From the NCBI GenBank assembly GCA_963822945.1, contig CAWGJO010000037.1, positions 17,533 to 81,532 on the forward strand: 64,000 bases of DNA, in the 5' to 3' direction. Each line of letters begins with the position of its first letter. Positions within the stretch are counted from its first letter, which is position 1. The notes beneath the pieces were generated by a model. It made no database searches. It saw only the letters and a list, made by a program, of their open reading frames with translations, and was not told the DNA's origin. The translations under genes were made by a program, and so were the position numbers. Below are positions 42,429-52,903 of the stretch, piece after piece. This DNA is from an uncultured Gemmatimonadaceae bacterium (GTDB taxonomy: Bacteria > Gemmatimonadota > Gemmatimonadetes > Gemmatimonadales > Gemmatimonadaceae).

Positions 42429-45068
42429 TTACCCCGCGTCGCCCTGAATGCTCCGTACCACGTCCTGGCGCAGCATGCGGCGGATCGGGAGCGCCATTCC
42501 GAACCCCATCACGACCAGCAGAGTGACCGCGACCACTCCCACCGGCACGAGCTGCATGGCGAACATCGGCTTTCCCGCGAACGGGTTCCGCAGGTAAGTG
42601 TCAGCGATGTAAACGGCGCGCGAGCCGAGGAGCAGCCCTCCAAGCGTCGCCAACAAGGCGACAGTGCCAAGGTCGGCGACGAGCGCACGGACCAGGCGGC
42701 GCGGAGTGGCGCCGAGAGCAACGCGGATGCCGAACTCCCGCGCCCGGAGCGCCACCGAGTAGGACGTAAGCCCATACACGCCTGCCACGGCGAGCACGAA
42801 CGAGAGCGCCGCCATGAACGCGAAGAAGTAGGTCCGAGACCGTGCCTGCGCGCTCCAGCGGTCGACGACGGCGGCGACGGGCTCCAGATCGCTCACGACG
42901 ATGCGCGGGTCGATGCGCCCTACGGCTTCTTTCACGGCGCGGAGCCCGGTTGCCGGGTCTCCGACCGTTCGAATGCGGACTTCAGTCGTCGTGTGGCCGA
43001 GCGGTAGACTCTGTACGGTGTAGATCGGCGGCGTCAGGGGGTCGAAGTTCGGCATGTCGCGCACATCGGGTACGACACCGACCACGGTGAACCAGGTGAC
43101 GCGGGCGGAGCCGTCGAGCGCGAGTCCGACTCGCCGGCCGATGGGAGCCCGATCGCCAAAGGTCCAGTGGGCCGTCGTCTTGGAGAGCACGATCACAGGG
43201 GCGTGCGCTTCGGCCTCCGCCGCCGTTGGAAGCCGGCCCAGGATCGGTTTGAGGCCCAGCGTCTTGAAGTAGCTCAGCGAAACGTCCTTCCAGGCCTCGG
43301 CGGCGTACAGGTGTGGCCGCCAATCCGGGTAGAAGCGAGCAGCGCCCGGTATGGGCGTCCGCACCACAGCCGCGGACTGAATGCCGGGGATGCCTTCAAC
43401 CGCCTGGACGAGCGACATGGCGGTCTCCTGCGATGCGACGGTGTCGGGGACGCTCAGCCGGGCCGTGAGGACTTGTGAATAGTCGAATCCCGGTCCGGCG
43501 CCCTGTGCATCCCGATTGGCGACCACCAGGGCCGCCAGCATGGCCATACACGCCAGCGACAGTCCGAGCTGAAGCGCGACGAGACCGCGTCGGTTGCGGA
43601 TCTCTCGCGAACCGCCCGTTGATGAAGATGCGCCGGACAGCACGGCTCGAAGGTCGGCGCGCGCGAGATCGATGGCGGGCGCAAGGCCAAACAGCAGGCC
43701 GACGAGGACGGTTCCGGCAACGCCGAACGCCACCGTTGGCCAGTTCATCCGCGGCACCACCAGCATGAAATCCCGTCCGAACCAGAGACGGCGCGCGTCG
43801 AGGAGCCACTTTGCGATGACGATGGCAGCGGCGCCGCCGGCGGCCGCCATGAGCGCCGCCTCGATGGTGAGCATGCCTACGATGCGTCGCCGGGACGCGC
43901 CCAGGGCTACGCGTACCGCGATCTCCTCTCGGCGCCGCATGCCACGCGCGAGCAGCATCGTCGTGAAGTTCACGGCACCGAGCAGGATGATTACGATTGC
44001 CGCCGCAATCCAGAGGCGAATCAGGTTGCGGTAAGGGGACGTGACATCCCGGGCCAGCGGCAAGAGATCCGCCACCGGGGTTTTGGCCAACCCGGCGACG
44101 ATGCCCGCCTGATGGAATGCGACCGACACGTCGGCCTGGGCGCGGGCCATCGGGACGCCCGGCCGGAGCCGGGCGATCACAACGTTATTCTGCCATTTCC
44201 TGTCGGCGGGTGGCGTGGCCAGCCGCCGAAGGCTGTCGTGACCCAACGGGAGCCAAATGTCGGTGCCGAGTGGCAGGCTGAACCCCTGCGGCATTACCCC
44301 AACGATCGTCGCGTGCTGTCCATCGACAGGCACCGTGGTGCCAATCACGTCCGATCGTCCACCGAACTCGGAATGCCAGATGTCGTAGGAAAGAATGACG
44401 GGCGGCACGGTTTCATGCGCATCGTCTTCCGTAAACGCGCGCCCGAGAAGCGGGCGCACACCGAGAACGTCGAAATAGTTCGACGTCACCGGAACGGACG
44501 ATACGCGGATCGCGTAGCCGCTGGGGCCGAGGTCCGAGCCGGGTCCGTACTCCTGCGCGACCGCGACGCCGGAGAAGGAGCGCACTCGCTGCGCGGCCAG
44601 CGCATCACGCGCGGGAAGCACGGAGAAGAGCGAATTCATCTGCGGGTCGCGCTCGCGGACGATGACCAGCTCTGCCTGGCTGGGAAAGGGTAGCGGACGC
44701 AGAAACAGCGCGACCACCATGCTGAACACGGCGGTGGCGAGCGCCATGCCAAGCGCGAGCGAAAGCGATGCGCCACCCACCGCTCCCGGGTGCCGCCGCA
44801 AGCGCCGCGCCGCGCTCGCCGCCTCGGTGAGTGACCGCTCGATCCACGGGAGTCCGCGCTGGTCGCGGTAGGCGTCGCGTGCTGCCTCGAGGCCGCCCGC
44901 GTGTACCATCGCGAGACGGCGGGCTTCGGATGGCGCCATTCCGCGGCGCACAAGCTCGTCGGTCTCCAGGGCGAGGTGCGCGGCGAACTCTTCGTTCATG
45001 TCGCCGTCGCGATGCGCCCGGCGGAAGAATCCGCCGACCCGGACAATGATTTCCCGAACTTTGCTCAC
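42429..45068 (-). CDS. ADOP/MacB-FtsX duplicated ABC permease
   Basis: EEF.AHL.LET..L..RGM...EARRLA...GG; RREEIAVRVALGA; GVYGLTSYSV..RAREFGIRVALGA. Confidence 0.9.
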   Translation of the reverse strand: MSKVREIIVRVGGFFRRAHRDGDMNEEFAAHLALETDELVRRGMAPSEARRLAMVHAGGLEAARDAYRDQRGLPWIERSLTEAASAARRLRRHPGAVGGASLSLALGMALATAVFSMVVALFLRPLPFPSQAELVIVRERDPQMNSLFSVLPARDALAAQRVRSFSGVAVAQEYGPGSDLGPSGYAIRVSSVPVTSNYFDVLGVRPLLGRAFTEDDAHETVPPVILSYDIWHSEFGGRSDVIGTTVPVDGQHATIVGVMPQGFSLPLGTDIWLPLGHDSLRRLATPPADRKWQNNVVIARLRPGVPMARAQADVSVAFHQAGIVAGLAKTPVADLLPLARDVTSPYRNLIRLWIAAAIVIILLGAVNFTTMLLARGMRRREEIAVRVALGASRRRIVGMLTIEAALMAAAGGAAAIVIAKWLLDARRLWFGRDFMLVVPRMNWPTVAFGVAGTVLVGLLFGLAPAIDLARADLRAVLSGASSSTGGSREIRNRRGLVALQLGLSLACMAMLAALVVANRDAQGAGPGFDYSQVLTARLSVPDTVASQETAMSLVQAVEGIPGIQSAAVVRTPIPGAARFYPDWRPHLYAAEAWKDVSLSYFKTLGLKPILGRLPTAAEAEAHAPVIVLSKTTAHWTFGDRAPIGRRVGLALDGSARVTWFTVVGVVPDVRDMPNFDPLTPPIYTVQSLPLGHTTTEVRIRTVGDPATGLRAVKEAVGRIDPRIVVSDLEPVAAVVDRWSAQARSRTYFFAFMAALSFVLAVAGVYGLTSYSVALRAREFGIRVALGATPRRLVRALVADLGTVALLATLGGLLLGSRAVYIADTYLRNPFAGKPMFAMQLVPVGVVAVTLLVVMGFGMALPIRRMLRQDVVRSIQGDAG

Positions 45069-45409
45069 GGGGCGGCGGTCCGGGGGCCGAGGAACCAGGC
45101 CAGAATCTCCGTCGTGGCGTGCCACTGGCGGGCCTCGTGTGCGAGGTGTCGCCGCCCGGCGGCGGTGAGCGTGTAGAATTTGGCGCGCCGGTTGTTTTCC
45201 GACTGTCCCCAGGAGGACGTGACGAATCCCTGCTGTTCCAGCTTGAGCAGGGCGGGATAGAGCGTGCCGTAGTTGAGCGAGAGCCGGTCGCGGCTCGTCT
45301 CCTCGATGCGGCGCGCGATGCCGTAGCCGTGAAGCGGTCCGAGTACGTCGAGCGTGCGCAGCACCATGAGGGCGAGCGTACCCTGCCAGACGTCGAGTTG
45401 GGCGGGCAT
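45065..45409 (-). CDS. PadR-family transcriptional regulator
   Basis: QGTLALMVL...LHGYGIARRIE...GTLYPAL..LEQ...SENNRRAKFY. Confidence 0.93.
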   Translation of the reverse strand: MPAQLDVWQGTLALMVLRTLDVLGPLHGYGIARRIEETSRDRLSLNYGTLYPALLKLEQQGFVTSSWGQSENNRRAKFYTLTAAGRRHLAHEARQWHATTEILAWFLGPRTAAP

Positions 45410-45415
45410 GAGATG

Positions 45416-45436
45416 TCCTATTGGAAAGCAATAGGA
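45416..45436. promoter_or_regulatory. Probable PadR operator
   Basis: TCCTATTG-GAAAG-CAATAGGA, 6 bp upstream of the padR start. Confidence 0.6.
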
Positions 45437-45505
45437 ACGTACGAATCGCCCCCGTGGGCGGCAAGAGGCCGGCGGCGGGTGCGTTCAGCGGCCGACGGTT
45501 TGTGT

Positions 45506-45581
45506 CACAAGGGCACCGTTGCGCCGGAGGCCCTTTACCTTCGCCCGCTTCATCGCCGAGCCTTTGAACGCGGACCGGAAT
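45506..45581 (-). pseudogene. queG: queG 3' fragment D
   Basis: FRSAFKGSAMKRAKVKGLRRNGALV. Confidence 0.75.
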
Positions 45582-45714
45582 CGGCGGCGCCGCCGACCTC
45601 CGGCACGTGGTGTGGACCTTTCCGGCGAAGCATGCTAGCGTGAGGACACCACGCGCGCCGGCCGCCGGGCGCGCGTCGGGTGGTGCCGAACAACTCCCAC
45701 CGAATCGTTCGGGC

Positions 45715-48505
45715 ATGAACGCTGACGAACTGCGACGGGTCCAGGCCGTGTTCGACGCCGCAATCGAACTTCCGCCGGATCAACGCGCCGAATTCCTCGA
45801 TCGCACCTGCGCGTCCGACGCGGCCACCCGCGCCGCCGTCGAGCGGCTGCTACGCGCCGATGACGCCGTCCACGGCGGCACCTTCATCAGCGCTGCGGTG
45901 GACGAGGCCGCGAAGGAATTCGCGTCCGCGCCGGTCGCCCCGGCGCAGACCGTGGGCGCCTACCGGTTGCTGCACGAATTGGGACGCGGGGGCATGGGCA
46001 CGGTGTGGCTGGCCGAACGCGCGGACGAGGCATACCGGGCGCGCGTTGCCATCAAGTTCGTGCGCGGCGGATTCGCGCACCCCGAACTCGAGCGGCGATT
46101 CCTCGCCGAGCGGCAGATTCTGGCCGATGTGCTGGACCATCCGAACATCGCGCGCCTGCTGGACGGCGGCGACGCACCGGACGGTTCGCCGTATCTGGTC
46201 ATGGAGTACGTGGACGGTGAGCCGATCACCGAGCTACGCGACGCGCCACGCGCTGTCGATCGGAGACCGGCTGCGGATCTTCCGCCTGGCGTGCGAGGCG
46301 GTCCAGCACGCGCACAACTCCCTGGTGGTGCACCGGGACATCAAGCCGTCCAACATCCTGGTACAGGCCGACGGCGTGCCGAAGCTGCTGGACTTCGGCA
46401 TCGCCAGGCCGCTGGCCCCCGGCGTTGGGCAGGAGACGACGGCGGCGGTGCGCCTCATGACCCCGTCGTACGCCAGCCCGGAGCAGGTGCGCGGCGATCG
46501 ACTCACCGTCGCCACGGACGTCTACTCGCTGGGCGTGCTGCTGTACGAACTCCTCACCGGCACGCATCCCTTCGCGGCCGACGGCACGTCGTCGGCGGAA
46601 GTGCAGCGTCGCGTGCTGGAGGTCGAGCCGCGGGCACCGAGCGACGTGGCGCGGCGACGCGGCGCGAACCTGCCGCCGGGAGTCGGGGCACGGGAGCTGG
46701 CGGGCGACCTGGACAACATCGTCGCGAAGGCGCTGCGCAAGGAGCCCGAACGGCGCTACGGCTCCGTGCTCGAGTTGTCGGAGGACGTGGAGCGTCACCT
46801 CGCCGGGCGGCCGGTCGTCGCGCGCCGCACGACCACCGCCTACCGCCTGCGCAAATTCGTGGGGCGCCACCGGGCGGGCGTCGCGGCCACCGCGGTGGCC
46901 GCGGCGCTGTTCGCGGGCGGAGGGGCGCTGCACATCGTGCAGCTCTCGCGGGAGCGCGACGTGGCCAATCGCGAACGGGCCTCGGCGGAGCAGGTGACCG
47001 CATTCCTCACCGACATCTTCCGATCGGCCGACCCCTCGCATGCGCTGGGTGACACCATCACCGCGCGGCAGCTCCTGGCCGGGGCGCGGCAACGCCTGGA
47101 CTCCGCGCTCACTGGCCAGCCGCGCGTGCGTGCCCGGCTGCTCGGTACGCTGGGCGAGGTGTACCTCGGCCTCGGCCGGTATGCACAGGCCGACTCGCTG
47201 CTGACGGAGGGCGCGCGGCTCACGGAGCGGACCGAAGGCCCGGCCACGCCGCGCGTGGCGGCGCTCCTGGAGTCGCGCGAACTCAGCCAGGTGGGGCTGG
47301 AACGCTGGGACGACGCCATCCGGAGCGGCCGGCGTGCGGTCGCCATCCGCGAGTCGGCCGGTGACACGGCGGCGCTCGCGAAGAGCCTGCGGCTTCTGGC
47401 CGGCGCCTACGTCAGTAAGCACGACTTTCCGTCGGCAGGCCCGCTCTTCACGCGGGCCCTCGCCCTGTTGCAGGCGGACGTCAGCGCCGACACCATCCCG
47501 TGGGCCGCCACGCTGAACGCCTACGGCAACCTGCTGATGTTCGAGGCCCACTACGACAGCGCGCTTGCCGTCCACCGGCGGGCGCTGGCCATCCGCCGGG
47601 CCGCGCTCGATCCGCGCGACCCCCTGATCGCCGAGAGCCTGCGAAACCTCGCGACGGTGTACGAAAAGCTGGGGCAGGGGGACTCGGCGCGCGTCCTGGA
47701 CGAGCAGGCGCTGGCGATCTACCTGCATGCGTACGGCCCCGACCATCCGGACGTGGTCTCCCTGGAGGGGAACCTCGGCGACGTCCTGTCGGAGGCGGGT
47801 CTGAAGGACAGCGCCATCGCGCTGCACATGCGCGTGCTCGCGAGCGACCAGCGCACCTTCGGTCCGGTGAACCAACGGGTTGCCCGGGCGCTCATGAGCA
47901 TTGGCAACGACTACGGGCGCGCGGGCGACGGAGCCAGCGCCGTCGTGTGGCTCCGGCGGTCGCTCGCGCTCTCCGAGAAGGTGCTGCCGCCGGACAACCA
48001 GAACCTCGCCTACCCGCTCGCCAATCTCGCCGCCGCCCTGGAGATGATCGGACACTACGCCGACGCGCTGCCGCTCAACCGGCGCGCGCTGGCAATCGAG
48101 GAGAAGGCCACCGGCCCCAACCATCCGCAGGTGGGCATGGCGCTGAGCGAGATCGGCGAGGACCTGATGCACATGGGGCGCGACGGGGACGCGGAGCCGT
48201 ACTTCCGGCGCGCCATCCGGACGATGGATGCGACCGTCGGTCCCAGCGACCCGCTCACCTGTTATCCGGTGGAAGACCTGGCCGACCTCGACGTGCGCCA
48301 CGGCCGCTACGCGGAGGCGGTCCAACTGTACGGACGCGAACTGCCGCTCGCCGACGGGCCGCGCTACAGCCACGACGATCCGGCACTGGCCGTCTTCTAC
48401 GAGAAGTACGCGCGCGCGCTGCGGCATGTGGGCGATACGAGCACGGCGCGTGGGTTGGAGGCCAAGGCTCGCGCGCTGCGTCTCGCCGCTGCGCCGGCGC
48501 GCTGA
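45715..48505 (+). CDS. Hanks-type Ser/Thr protein kinase with TM segment and TPR repeats (frameshift near 46232)
   Basis: LGRGGMGTVW, VAIK, HRDIKPSNIL, DFGIA, YASPEQ, GDLDNIV.KAL; kinesin-light-chain-like TPRs. Confidence 0.9.
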
Positions 48506-48529
48506 CCGCGCGCGCGCCTTGCAGTCGGC

Positions 48530-48609
48530 GCTCGGCCGCCAAGGTCCGCGCCTCGCGGTGCAAGAGCGCCGCCCGGGAGAACTTACGGTTGAACGGGCAC
48601 ACTTCCTGG
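48530..48609 (-). pseudogene. queG: queG 3' fragment E
   Basis: QEVCPFNRKFSR...EARTLAAE. Confidence 0.7.
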
Positions 48610-48653
48610 GAGGTGCGCCGACAAAACTGTATTGCGATGCGATTGGAGAACGG
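48595..48653 (+). repeat. Palindromic att-like site E + tail
   Basis: GGGCACACTTCC-TG-GGAGGTGCGCCG ACAAAACTGTATTGCGATGCGATTGGAGAACGG. Confidence 0.88.
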
Positions 48654-49000
48654 ATAGGAACTTGAATCCCGGTCTGGCCTGACGAAAGCAGGCTGTCGGC
48701 GGCGGGTCGGGCCTCACCGGGCCGGGCCGCGGGCTGGTGGTCCGGCGGGGGCCCCCGCCGCCGCGCGGAACGGCGCAGGTGCGCCAGGATCCGATCGATC
48801 TCCGCAGCCTCGGTGATGAAGGCGAGGATGCGCATCGCGCCGCCGCACGCCGGGCAGGGAGCGGGTCCACTTCTATAGATGTGGCGCAAGAGCTCGGCCC
48901 AGCGCCGCCGCGCCTCGCGGAGCGGGGGCGGCTCCGAGGCGGCCACCGGGACCGGCACGATGGGCGCAGATGCGCGGTCGACCCGTCCCGCCTTCCCCCC
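48652..49000 (-). mobile_element. IS91/ISCR-like remnant: transposase C-terminus + oriIS-like end
   Basis: EARRRWAELLRHIY/EVDPL.CPACGGAMRILAFITE...IDRILAHL...RGPP; end sequence GGGATTCAAGTTCCTATCC on the minus strand. Confidence 0.7.
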
Positions 49001-49099
49001 CGTTCCCCGCAGAAATCCGCCCGGCGGAATCTTCCCGGCGCCAACCGCCGTAAGGGTCCCGACCCCACCGCGACGCCACCCAAGCACAAGGAGGATACC

Positions 49100-50062
49100 C
49101 TGCCGGGAGGCCTCACGACTTCGATCGCACTCGTCGCGCTCACCCTGTTCGCCTCCGCCTGCAATCCCGGAGCCGCGGCCGCCAGACGCCTGCAAGCGTC
49201 GTGCGCCGCCGGCTCGGCGGCCGCCTGCGACACTCTGGCGCAGCAGGTGGCTCGTGGAGACCACGTACTGCGCGACTGGCGGCGCGCCGACTCGCTGTAC
49301 CAGCAGGCCTGCGACGGAAACGATGGCAGCGCCTGCGTCCGGCTCGCCGTGCTGCACCTCCGCGACGACGCCGGGGATCACGGCATCGCGCTGGACTCCA
49401 CGCTGGCAGTGGGCCTCCTCAACCGGGGATGCGACCTCGGCAGCATGCCGGGATGCGTCACGCTGGGCGATATGTACCTGCAGAAGGACACGGTGGTGAA
49501 GAACGCGAAGGTCACCGGCCCACTGCAGGATATCCCGCGCGCCATTGCCCTCTATCGCCGAGCCTGCGACGGCGATGGCAGGGACGGCTGCGACCGCCTG
49601 GGAGACGCCAGCCGGAACGGCACCGGCATGCCGGCAGACCCGATTCGCGCGGCGCGATTCTACGAACGCGCCTGCGACTCGGGTTCTCAGCTCGGGTGCG
49701 CCCACCTCGGCGAGGCCTACGTCGCCGGCGCCGGCGTCCGCGCCGACCCGACCCGGGCCTCCGCACTCTTCGAGAAAGCCTGCGAAACCGAGATGACCGG
49801 CTGTTTCGACCTCGCGGGACTGCTCGAGCACGGCACCGGGGTGATCCAGGACTACGACCGCGCCGTGAAGCTGTACCGGAAGGCGTGCTCCGGTACGCGC
49901 ACCCGGAACGGAGGTTCGGACCCCGTCGCCGAGAGCTGCTACCGCCTTGGCAACATGTACGCCAACGCCACGGGCGTGGAGCGAAATCTCGGCCGGGCGT
50001 CGGCGTTCTTCTACCGGGCCTGCGCGCTCGGATATACGGAAGCGTGCAGGAAGCGGTCCTGA
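49100..50062 (+). CDS. Sel1-like repeat (Hcp-like) lipoprotein; possible CTG start
   Basis: Repeated A..LY..AC..G...GC..LG; lipobox-like FASAC; AGGAGG upstream of the CTG at 49100. Confidence 0.8.
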   Translation: MPGGLTTSIALVALTLFASACNPGAAAARRLQASCAAGSAAACDTLAQQVARGDHVLRDWRRADSLYQQACDGNDGSACVRLAVLHLRDDAGDHGIALDSTLAVGLLNRGCDLGSMPGCVTLGDMYLQKDTVVKNAKVTGPLQDIPRAIALYRRACDGDGRDGCDRLGDASRNGTGMPADPIRAARFYERACDSGSQLGCAHLGEAYVAGAGVRADPTRASALFEKACETEMTGCFDLAGLLEHGTGVIQDYDRAVKLYRKACSGTRTRNGGSDPVAESCYRLGNMYANATGVERNLGRASAFFYRACALGYTEACRKRS

Positions 50063-50104
50063 TGCCCATGTTTCCCAGTCGCTCCTGCCGCGGAGGCTGA
50101 CCCA

Positions 50105-51019
50105 GTGGATCCCCTCGTCACCGCCGACAATCTGACGAAACACTACGGCGACGTCATCGCCCTCGACGGCGTTTCGTTCGGAATCTCGGACGGGATCACC
50201 GGCATCCTCGGCGAGAACGGTGCCGGCAAGAGCACCACCATCAAGATCTTCCTCGGGCTGCTCCGCCCCACGTCCGGCCGGGCCGTGGTGCTCGGAGAAG
50301 ATGCCAGCCACAGCGTGATGGTGCGCGCGCGGCTGGGATACATGCCCGAACACGATTGTCTGCCGCGCAACGTATCGGCGGCGGAGCTGCTGACGCACCT
50401 GGCGGAGGTCAGCGGGCTCCCACCCTCGCGGGCCCGCACGCGTGCCGCCGACACACTGCGCCACGCCGGGCTTTTCGAGGAGCGCTACCGCCCCATCGGC
50501 GGCTACTCCACCGGCATGAAGCAGCGGGTGAAGCTCGCCCAGGCACTGGTGCACGACCCACGCATGGTCTTCCTGGACGAGCCCACCGCCGGCCTCGACC
50601 CGGCGGGCCGCGAGGAGATGCTCGACCTCGTGCGCAAGACGCACCGCGAGTTCGGCATCAGCATTCTGCTCTCGTCGCACCTGATGGCCGACGTCGAGCG
50701 CACCTGCGACCGGATCCTCGTGCTTCAGGGCGGGCGCCTCGCCCAGTCCGGCGAGGTCAGCGGGTTCATCGCCGAGACCGAGCGCGTGTTCATCGAGGTC
50801 GACGAGGGACGCGAGGCGGTGGTGGCCGAACTCGAAGCCCGCGGGGTGACGGTGCGCGCGGACCGGAGCGGGCTGCACATCGATGGCGCCGACGCGTCGA
50901 TCTACGATCTGGTGCGCGACGCGGTGGTGGCCGCCAACGCGCCGCTGCGGCGGATGGCGCCGCAGCGACGCGCGCTGGCGGAGCTGTTCATGCACGAGGG
51001 CGAGGAGGTGGCGCCGTGA
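50105..51019 (+). CDS. ABC transporter ATP-binding protein
   Basis: GENGAGKST, YSTGMKQR, FLDEPT. Confidence 0.93.
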   Translation: MDPLVTADNLTKHYGDVIALDGVSFGISDGITGILGENGAGKSTTIKIFLGLLRPTSGRAVVLGEDASHSVMVRARLGYMPEHDCLPRNVSAAELLTHLAEVSGLPPSRARTRAADTLRHAGLFEERYRPIGGYSTGMKQRVKLAQALVHDPRMVFLDEPTAGLDPAGREEMLDLVRKTHREFGISILLSSHLMADVERTCDRILVLQGGRLAQSGEVSGFIAETERVFIEVDEGREAVVAELEARGVTVRADRSGLHIDGADASIYDLVRDAVVAANAPLRRMAPQRRALAELFMHEGEEVAP

Positions 51020-51966
51020 TCCCCCCGGCCGCCGGCGACTCGGCAGCCGGGCCCGATGCCTCCGGCGCGGCCGGACGCGCCGGCACCGTCTTCGACATCG
51101 GCTACCGGAGCTACGACGGCCCCCGCGAGGGGAGGCGCCGCGCGCGGCTCGGCGTCTTCAAGGACGGGGTGCGCACCGCCCTCGGGCTCGGCCGCGGCGG
51201 CCGGGCGAAGGTGCTCCCGTGGACGTTCATCATCCTGCTCGTGACGGTCGCGTTCATCATCGCCCTCGTCACCGGAGCGGCGCTTCGAATCGGTGGGCCC
51301 GAGGCCGCGGCGCGCATCCCGTCCCACTCCGACTTCTACGGCATCACCTCCATCTTCCTGTTCGTCTTCTCGGCCGTGGTCGCTCCCGAGCTGCTCTGCC
51401 CCGACCGGCGCGACGGGGTCATCAACCTGTACCTCGTGCGGCCGCTCACCGGGTCGGATTACATCGCGGCGCGCTGGCTGGCCTTCCTGGCGGTCTCGCT
51501 CGGGGTGGCCTGGCTTCCGCAATTCGTGCTCCTGGTGGGGCGGGTGATGGGCAATCCCGACCCCGGCGGCTACCTGAAGTCCAACTGGCTCGACATCCCC
51601 CGTATCCTGGCGTCGGGCGCGGCGTTCGCCGTGTACACCACCACGTTGGGAATGGTCGTCGCGTCGTTCACCACGCGGCGCGCCTATGCGTCGGTCTTCC
51701 TGGTGGGCTTGTTCGTCATCACCACCCCCTTCACCACGGGGCTGGCGCGGGAGATCGGCGGCACGGCGGGACAGTGGATCTCGATGTTCAACCTCACCAA
51801 CATCCCCGTCCACGTGAACGACCTCATCTTCAACGACGTGAGCGGCATTACCCGCGGCGCGCCGGCCCGGGATCTGCCCGCGTGGCTGCGGGTGGCCTGG
51901 TACTTCCTGTGGGTGATCGTTCCCGGTGGCGTGTTGTGGGGACGGTACCGGCGGTTGTCGCCGTGA
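51016..51966 (+). CDS. ABC-2 type permease
   Basis: IGYRSYDG...LLCPDRRDG...LYLVRPLT..DY; multiple TM segments; overlapping operon arrangement. Confidence 0.85.
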   Translation: MIPPAAGDSAAGPDASGAAGRAGTVFDIGYRSYDGPREGRRRARLGVFKDGVRTALGLGRGGRAKVLPWTFIILLVTVAFIIALVTGAALRIGGPEAAARIPSHSDFYGITSIFLFVFSAVVAPELLCPDRRDGVINLYLVRPLTGSDYIAARWLAFLAVSLGVAWLPQFVLLVGRVMGNPDPGGYLKSNWLDIPRILASGAAFAVYTTTLGMVVASFTTRRAYASVFLVGLFVITTPFTTGLAREIGGTAGQWISMFNLTNIPVHVNDLIFNDVSGITRGAPARDLPAWLRVAWYFLWVIVPGGVLWGRYRRLSP

Positions 51967-52901
51967 GCGCCGACGGTGCGGGAAACGGCGCGGTGATTCG
52001 GGTGGACCAGGTATCGCGCTGGTTCGGCAGCGTGGTGGCCGTGAGCGACGTGACCTTCGACATCGGTCCCGGCATCACGGGCCTGCTCGGCCCCAACGGA
52101 GCGGGGAAGACCACGCTGCTGCGCATGATCACCGGGCTCGCCGAAGTGTCCGACGGCACGGTGACCATGTTCGGCGAACCCGTGCGCGACAACCCGCCGC
52201 TCTACCGGCGCATCGGCGTCATGTCCGAGCACGAGACCGTGTACCCGTTCATGAAGGGGCGGGAGTTCGTGCGCATGATGGCGAAGCTGCGGGGGGTGGC
52301 CGACGCCGACGCGGCCACCGACCGTGCCATCGCGCTCGTGGAACTGGAGCACGCCGCGCACCTGCCCATGGGCACCTACTCCCGCGGCATGCGCCAGCGC
52401 ATGCGGCTGGCGGGCACGCTCGTGCACGATCCCGACGTGCTCATTCTCGACGAACCGCTCAACGGCGCCGACCCTCGCCAGCGCGTGCACTTCCAGGCGT
52501 TGTTGCGGAAGCTGGCGGCCGCGGGCCGCACCATCGTGCTCTCGTCGCACATCCTCGAGGAAGTGGAGCTGCTCGCCGAGACCGTGCTCCTGATCATCAA
52601 TGGAAAGCTGGCGGCGTCGGGCGGCTTCCGGGCCATTCGGGCGGCGCTGGACGAGCGGCCCTATCACGTGCGCGTGGTGGCCGACCGTCCGCGGGATCTG
52701 GCCGCGGCCGTAGTGCGGCTCGACGCCGTGGATGCCGTGAACGTCGATCCGGACGGCGCGCTCATCGTGCTCAGCCGGAAGGTGCGGGCGCTGCAGATGG
52801 AACTGCCGAGGCTGGCGCAGCAGGCGGGCATCAGCCTGCGGCGCGTCGAGCCGTTGGACGATTCGCTCGAGAGCGTGTTCGGCTACCTGGTGGAGGGCTG
52901 A
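51963..52901 (+). CDS. ABC transporter ATP-binding protein
   Basis: GPNGAGKTT, YSRGMRQR, ILDEPLNG. Confidence 0.93.
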   Translation: MSADGAGNGAVIRVDQVSRWFGSVVAVSDVTFDIGPGITGLLGPNGAGKTTLLRMITGLAEVSDGTVTMFGEPVRDNPPLYRRIGVMSEHETVYPFMKGREFVRMMAKLRGVADADAATDRAIALVELEHAAHLPMGTYSRGMRQRMRLAGTLVHDPDVLILDEPLNGADPRQRVHFQALLRKLAAAGRTIVLSSHILEEVELLAETVLLIINGKLAASGGFRAIRAALDERPYHVRVVADRPRDLAAAVVRLDAVDAVNVDPDGALIVLSRKVRALQMELPRLAQQAGISLRRVEPLDDSLESVFGYLVEG

Positions 52902-52903
52902 CG

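Noticed and set aside
46226..50995. 1589-aa minus-strand ORF
   Set aside because: Shadow ORF antisense to the kinase, Sel1 and ABC genes in high-GC DNA; only the short IS91-like stretch is meaningful.
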